A stretch of 63,068 nucleotides of DNA, counting the filler, from Lenisia limosa (lineage: Eukaryota; Protista; Breviatea): the NCBI GenBank assembly GCA_001655205.1. It is 5 parts of 5 records of this genome, joined end to end, with 100 filler letters (N's around TTAATTAATTAA, not from the genome) between each part and the next. Parts side by side here need not be neighbours in the genome. Positions count along the whole stretch, not along the records: positions 51,653 to 60,307 come from LPNZ01011466.1; positions 60,408 to 61,677 come from LPNZ01002973.1; positions 61,778 to 63,068 come from LPNZ01004760.1; 2 more parts are not named here. One strand, given 5' to 3'. How positions within the stretch are numbered: the stretch's first letter is position 1; each line of letters begins with the position of its first letter. The translations under genes were made by a program, and so were the position numbers. The notes under the pieces were generated by a model, which was given only the letters and a program-made list of their open reading frames with translations, searched no databases and was not told the origin of the DNA. Below, piece by piece: positions 58,170 through 63,068 of this stretch.

Positions 58170-60130
58170 TTTTAATTTTGGAGACAAGAGATTTCACTCT
58201 TTACAAATTTCCCGCGCCCCAGACTGCGAAATGAAAGTTCCGTAAAGGTAATCATGAATGACAGTTTTTCTACCTGGTGATTCATTGTTTTTTTCTTTAC
58301 TGTTGCCAGGAAATTTTGGGTCTCCAAGATAACACTTTCCATCCGCATTGCCCTTCCTCCTTGAAGTGACTCTCGCCTTGCAGGATTGCTTCAAAGCTGG
58401 ACAGGATTATCTCCTTATTGGCTTTATCACAGAGCTTCATTCTCTCCATCAACAAGGTTTGCTCGTTCTTCTAACTATAATGACACCCGTCTCACAGTGT
58501 TCACTGGTCAAAAACGAACTACCTTCTTCACCCCCACCATAGAAAAAACCAAGGATTGATCTTGAGGTAGGTCGAGTTTTTTCTTCAAGTCACTTTCTTG
58601 TCGCCTATATTAAGCTAATAATACAGAGATATAGCGACAGTGAGGAGAGTAATAGTGACGAACTGATGTAAGCTGAGAAAATTGAGCACATCGTTTTGAT
58701 AATAGAATAAATCATCTTGACAAGTAGCGTAATCAATGATCTTAATGCTGTAGATTCAAACCCCTTCACTAGTCCTACTATTGAGCCACTTTTACTGTTC
58801 TCCTTTGAGTACGTTATCAATTATTTACGATAATATTATTCTTTTAAGCCTTTGATATCTGCAATTCTAACCTCCTGAATCTGTGGCATAAGACGGATTT
58901 AGGTGGGCCCATGGGTTATTATGCAGGGGCTATTGTCCTTATTCATGAATCTAATCTATGTAGGTATGCTAGGGAGGCACGCAGAAAGCTGTGTGCACAG
59001 GCAAATGATTGGGTGAATAACAATAAAACTATATATTCCATTATCTCTTATAAGCGTGATAGTGTAGACGGCTTCGGCCAGATACTACCTTTTTTTTATT
59101 GGACCAGTGTGGTCTCAAGCTGGTGGAGGTGGAAAACAATACCCGCGCGATTACCAGGGCCAACCACTTTTCGGGCCAAGTGGTAGGCAAAGGTTTCACC
59201 CCTGTCGTCACAAACTCATCCCCCGCCAGTGCGACCAATGTGAGTACGAGCGCTGCTCCAACGCCCGTCAGGCCCAACAGGAGCTCTCAAGCCTTGTTAA
59301 GAGGACAAGAGAGGCCTGCTCCCAAAAGAAATGTGTTTGTAGGAACAGCCACCAGGAGGCCTCTGAGGACTCCCGCAAACGCAGACGTAACCAAGGGTTT
59401 TTCAATGAAAATTTTCACTTATAACTCGATCATTAGACACTGCTTTGCATCATTGACCTCCCCCTACAACAGGAATTGTTTGACTAACCCCCTCCTCCAA
59501 AACTAAAGCCATGCTCCCATGGTCCTTGACAGTTACGGGAGGAGGTGCTTAGACACTGAAGGTATGTCAGCCACAACCCCCACAAGCAGCTACCCCCATA
59601 AAAACTTCCGCGACAACGTTGATATGGAATCACGGACCCCCATAAAATTCAAAAATGATGACCAGACGAACCTGAACTGTTGGCGGCAGACATGCCAGCG
59701 TACGTAATTAAGCAGGCCTCGAAACTCAATGAGGAAAGGAAAATCAAAAGACTGGACAACCTTGTAGTCGAGCGATGTTCCAAATTCAGATTGGCCTCTC
59801 CCTCCGAGGAAACAGCTGGAAATGTTACAAGACTATCGCCTGAAAGAACGGAAGTTGAAACTCAAATCAAAAGAAGAATCAAGGCCCAAAACTGCGAAAC
59901 CTACCTCTAGCCCCCCTCCCCCTCGAGAAATAGCAAAACGCCTCAGGCCACGGCTCCAAAAAAGGCCAAAAAATGCGAGAAATACAGCTAAATAAAGACT
60001 AGTCACAAGCACAAGGACAAAGAAAAGAGAAAACCTGAAAGATCTCCAATCAAAGAAAAGGAATCCCCAAAAAGCAACGCCCCAGCTCCACAGGCAAAAA
60101 AGAGTTCCAGTAACTGCAAAGAGGAAGTAA
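58170..60130 (+). pseudogene. Multi-exon gene of unknown function with a premature stop and frameshifts
   Basis: GC3-rich exons IASKLDRIISLL.., PPP*KKPRIDLE, QYPRDYQGQPLFG..CRHKLIPRQCDQC..RKRRRNQ. Later segments are broken. Confidence 0.45.
58964..59107 (+). other. Structured repetitive intron (family member B)
   Basis: GTATGCTAGGGAGGCACGCAGAAAGCTGTGTGC...ATTGGGTGAAT...GACGGCTTCGGCCAGATAC...CCAG. Removing it joins two exons in phase. Confidence 0.75.
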
Positions 60131-60434
60131 TCATGAGTCAAATGGCAGTTTTGTCAAATGCCATTCAAGCCTAAACTGATAAAATGGCAACACTAGAATC
60201 AGGAAAAACTAAGGAAGCCCCCAACAGCCCATAAAACCCCAAACGCAGTTGCCCAGACGGCCCAGTCCGCCCCCCCCCCCTCCAGGCATCTACCCTCCAG
60301 GACTTGANNNNNNNNNNNNNNNNNNNNNNNNNNNNNNNNNNNNNNNNNNNNTTAATTAATTAANNNNNNNNNNNNNNNNNNNNNNNNNNNNNNNNNNNNN
60401 NNNNNNNTGTTGTTATCAACCCTCGTGTTACAAG

Positions 60435-61497
60435 CCGACAGTTGATTTGTGGGTTTTTTAAAATATAAATTCCAATTTCACCCCCCCCTCCCAGGCCTCA
60501 AGTCAAGGCCAATCGTGCAGGCACGCGAGGATTCCGTCCACCTGAAGTGGGTGGAGGCCTATCATTTTGTCATCACTCTAGTGTTCAGGCATAATAGGTA
60601 ATTTTTACTTCAAGATGCTTCTGATGAATGATTATTTCATGTCTATTTTTTTTATTCCAATCCACATATGAGCTATGTGTAGTTATAGGAAAATGCTTGA
60701 TGTTATAGGCTTTTAGATGCACTTTGGCATTTATCCCCCCCCCCCTCCCACGTTACACCCCCAGGTTCTCTTGCGCTCGGATTGCCAAGGCCCGGGTATT
60801 GATGTTTGGGCCGCGGCAGTGACGATGTTGAGCCTGGCAACTCGCCGCTATCCCTTTTTCCAGTCCCAAGTGGGGGGGGGGGTACATTCATCTTCTGGTT
60901 GTAAACAGGTCCGTAGCTAGTGGACATTGCCATATAGTGACTGCGGATTATAGAGAAGGGGATTCTATTTGGGATTGTCTTTTATCAGTTTATCTTTATT
61001 CTTCCAAGTTTGGCGTTGAAGTGAAATAATATTTCTGTTCTCTATGGGAGGGAAGGGGATTCATTTTATTTGCTTCATTATCCATTGTAATTACAGTTTA
61101 ATATGGATATTTATATTTATCCTCCCCAGGATGACACAGCATGCCTGGGTGAAATAGCGAGTATTGTTGGAACAGACGCTCTGATGGGAACTGCTGAGGC
61201 TCTTGGTACGTACCAAGACTAATACAGTCTTCTAATGGCGTTGAAATTGTACTTAACACCATTCTACCATAATGGATGCAACGGAATTTAGTTTATTATT
61301 GTTTCATCACCCCCTCCCGCAGAAATAGTATTTCGTTTTGCTAGCCAACAGTTGATTATGGGTTTAGTTTTTTGTTTCAGAAATTATCCAATTTTACCCC
61401 CCCCCCAGACCGACAATTGCTATTCCAAGGCGGGACCTTGCCTCGTTCAAAGGCAGATTTACTCAGCCTGCTTAGCCAGTACGGAGGGCTACTTTCG
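60435..61497 (+). CDS. CDC7: CDC7 kinase, C-lobe exons (partial)
   Basis: KANRAGTRGFRPPE|VLLRSDCQGPGIDVWAAAV..TRRYPFF|DDTACLGEIASIVG, matching the CDC7-type ANRAGTRGFR activation segment. Confidence 0.9.
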
Positions 61498-61590
61498 TAC
61501 TCTTTAGCCCCACTTCGAAAAAAAAAACCCAGAAAATATCGATATGTGCCATCCATCCGAAAGTATAGATTTTACAGTATATTACTACTA

Positions 61591-61677
61591 GGCACGCAGT
61601 AAGTTGTGTGCAGAGAGTTGTAAGATTGGGTGAATTAATACTTCTTGTATGGTGTGGACGGCTTCGGTCAGATACAA
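61591..61677 (+). other. Structured repeat (family member C), probably within a CDC7 intron, cut by the scaffold end
   Basis: GGCACGCAGTAAGTTGTGTGC...ATTGGGTGAAT...GACGGCTTCGGTCAGATAC. Confidence 0.75.
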
Positions 61678-63068
61678 NNNNNNNNNNNNNNNNNNNNNNN
61701 NNNNNNNNNNNNNNNNNNNNNTTAATTAATTAANNNNNNNNNNNNNNNNNNNNNNNNNNNNNNNNNNNNNNNNNNNNCTCTGAAACTTCATATTTTATTT
61801 GATAATTAACTGGTGATTTTTCTGCAACTTCTTTTAAAAACAAATAACAATGGTTAATAACAAGATATGTATAATTATTCAGGGGAATACCATAAACTAT
61901 CTAGAATTGATTCATTTTGGAATGAGTTAAATTTGAATCTTTTCTATATGAACCCCCCTCCTTCATAAACTATTTGTCCGAAACTATTCCACTGACCTTC
62001 AAATGGTACGAAAAAGACCGGTAACATATCAATATTTATGGAGGAGGGGAAACTAGGTTACTAATGTATTTTTTCTCCTTTTCAAAACATAAAAAAATTC
62101 AGTATTTTGCCTACTCGTACGTCTAACTCTTAAAGCACAGCAAAGTCTCCTCAAATCCTTGGCAGACAAGCACAAACTCCCATTGATGAGGTGGTTGGCA
62201 ATTATATATTACCATTATGAAATGATATTTCTCTTTTCAATCAAAATGACGTTGAACTTGGAAATGGGGTGGGGGGTGGGTGTTAGAGAAACTGATCTTG
62301 TTCACCCCTTTAGCACTCAGCAAGACCTCGAGTCAGAAACTTCCTTAGAGGCTTTAGCAGAACCGCGTTCATACTCCAAGTTGGCGGAATGTTTTTTTGG
62401 AATCGCCTTTCCGATATAAGACATTTTAATAATCGATATAATTGGGGATGATCTATGCTCCCACAAAGTGCATAATATTTATGAAGAGTCAGATAAGACC
62501 TTTAAAAAATATATAATTTTAAAGCTCTACCTTCCAGTATAAGATATATGATATAATATATCATATGTAAAAATAGTTGATTAAAATTTAGAATGCCATA
62601 CGGTCAGATTTAAACTGAAAAAACCGATATGCTATTTTGTGATTCCCAACAATCCGAAAGGGCTAGAAACAATAGCGACTTTATATCTTTTAAGGTCTTC
62701 CTACTTCTCGATAAAGATTGATAGTATTGCTGTTCTTTTTAGAAACAATGGGGTGATCTTCTCATAACGAAACAGAATGGTTGAAAAGACGCAGACCATC
62801 CACTCAAAAGAACCCCCCTTTGCCTCAATGTTCCTCAAATACCCTCCACTCGATCCTCAAGGTGGGCGAGGAAACTCTTCGATGTAATATCTTGTCCAAC
62901 GATCCGCATTTTGACCCATCACGTATCATAATCATAACAGGGCTTTTTTTGTATAATTTGTTATTAACACAAGTGCTTCACTTCGGTTCGGTTCATTTAC
63001 AACCGTGTTCCATTAAACGTAACCTGTCGGTTTCGGTTCATTCTTTTTTTTTTTCTCATTTACTGAAC

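Noticed and set aside
58951-58970. Recursive (zero-length exon) splice site TAG|GTATGC
   Set aside because: A 37-nt exon (58927-58963) explains the junction in the correct phase.
59099-59506. ORF read as the CDC7 kinase insert (CGLKLVE...)
   Set aside because: Codon bias and exon phase favour the other frame, no convincing HRD/DFG motifs lie upstream, and an artificial linker separates it from the CDC7 exons.

Overview
Eukaryotic (protist-like, AT-rich, intron-rich, standard genetic code) nuclear DNA, parsed by hand. The window is a concatenation of at least five scaffolds joined by artificial N-TTAATTAATTAA-N linkers, with many internal gaps. Recognisable spliced genes: RPB11-like, a triple RanBP2-type zinc-finger protein, RPS20, an OTU-domain protein, a secreted Cys-rich GCC2/GCC3-type repeat protein, asparaginyl-tRNA synthetase, a small PDZ protein, SSU72, a coiled-coil protein, DHX35, an unknown secreted protein, a large Stig1-like Cys-repeat protein, a C2H2 zinc-finger protein and a CDC7 fragment. 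Decayed mobile DNA includes a Crypton-like tyrosine recombinase, two intron-containing pogo/DDE_1 transposases, MITEs and TIR ends. Most notable: (1) four compact AT-rich genes on at least two scaffolds have 21-28 nt introns, and five of nine can only be resolved as GT...TG or GT...CG; (2) a family of sequence-related, hairpin-forming introns occurs in unrelated genes (introner-like or intronic ncRNA); (3) a candidate newborn 25-nt intron was made by an inverted duplication. All splice models are inferred from DNA and protein-motif continuity, with no RNA evidence.
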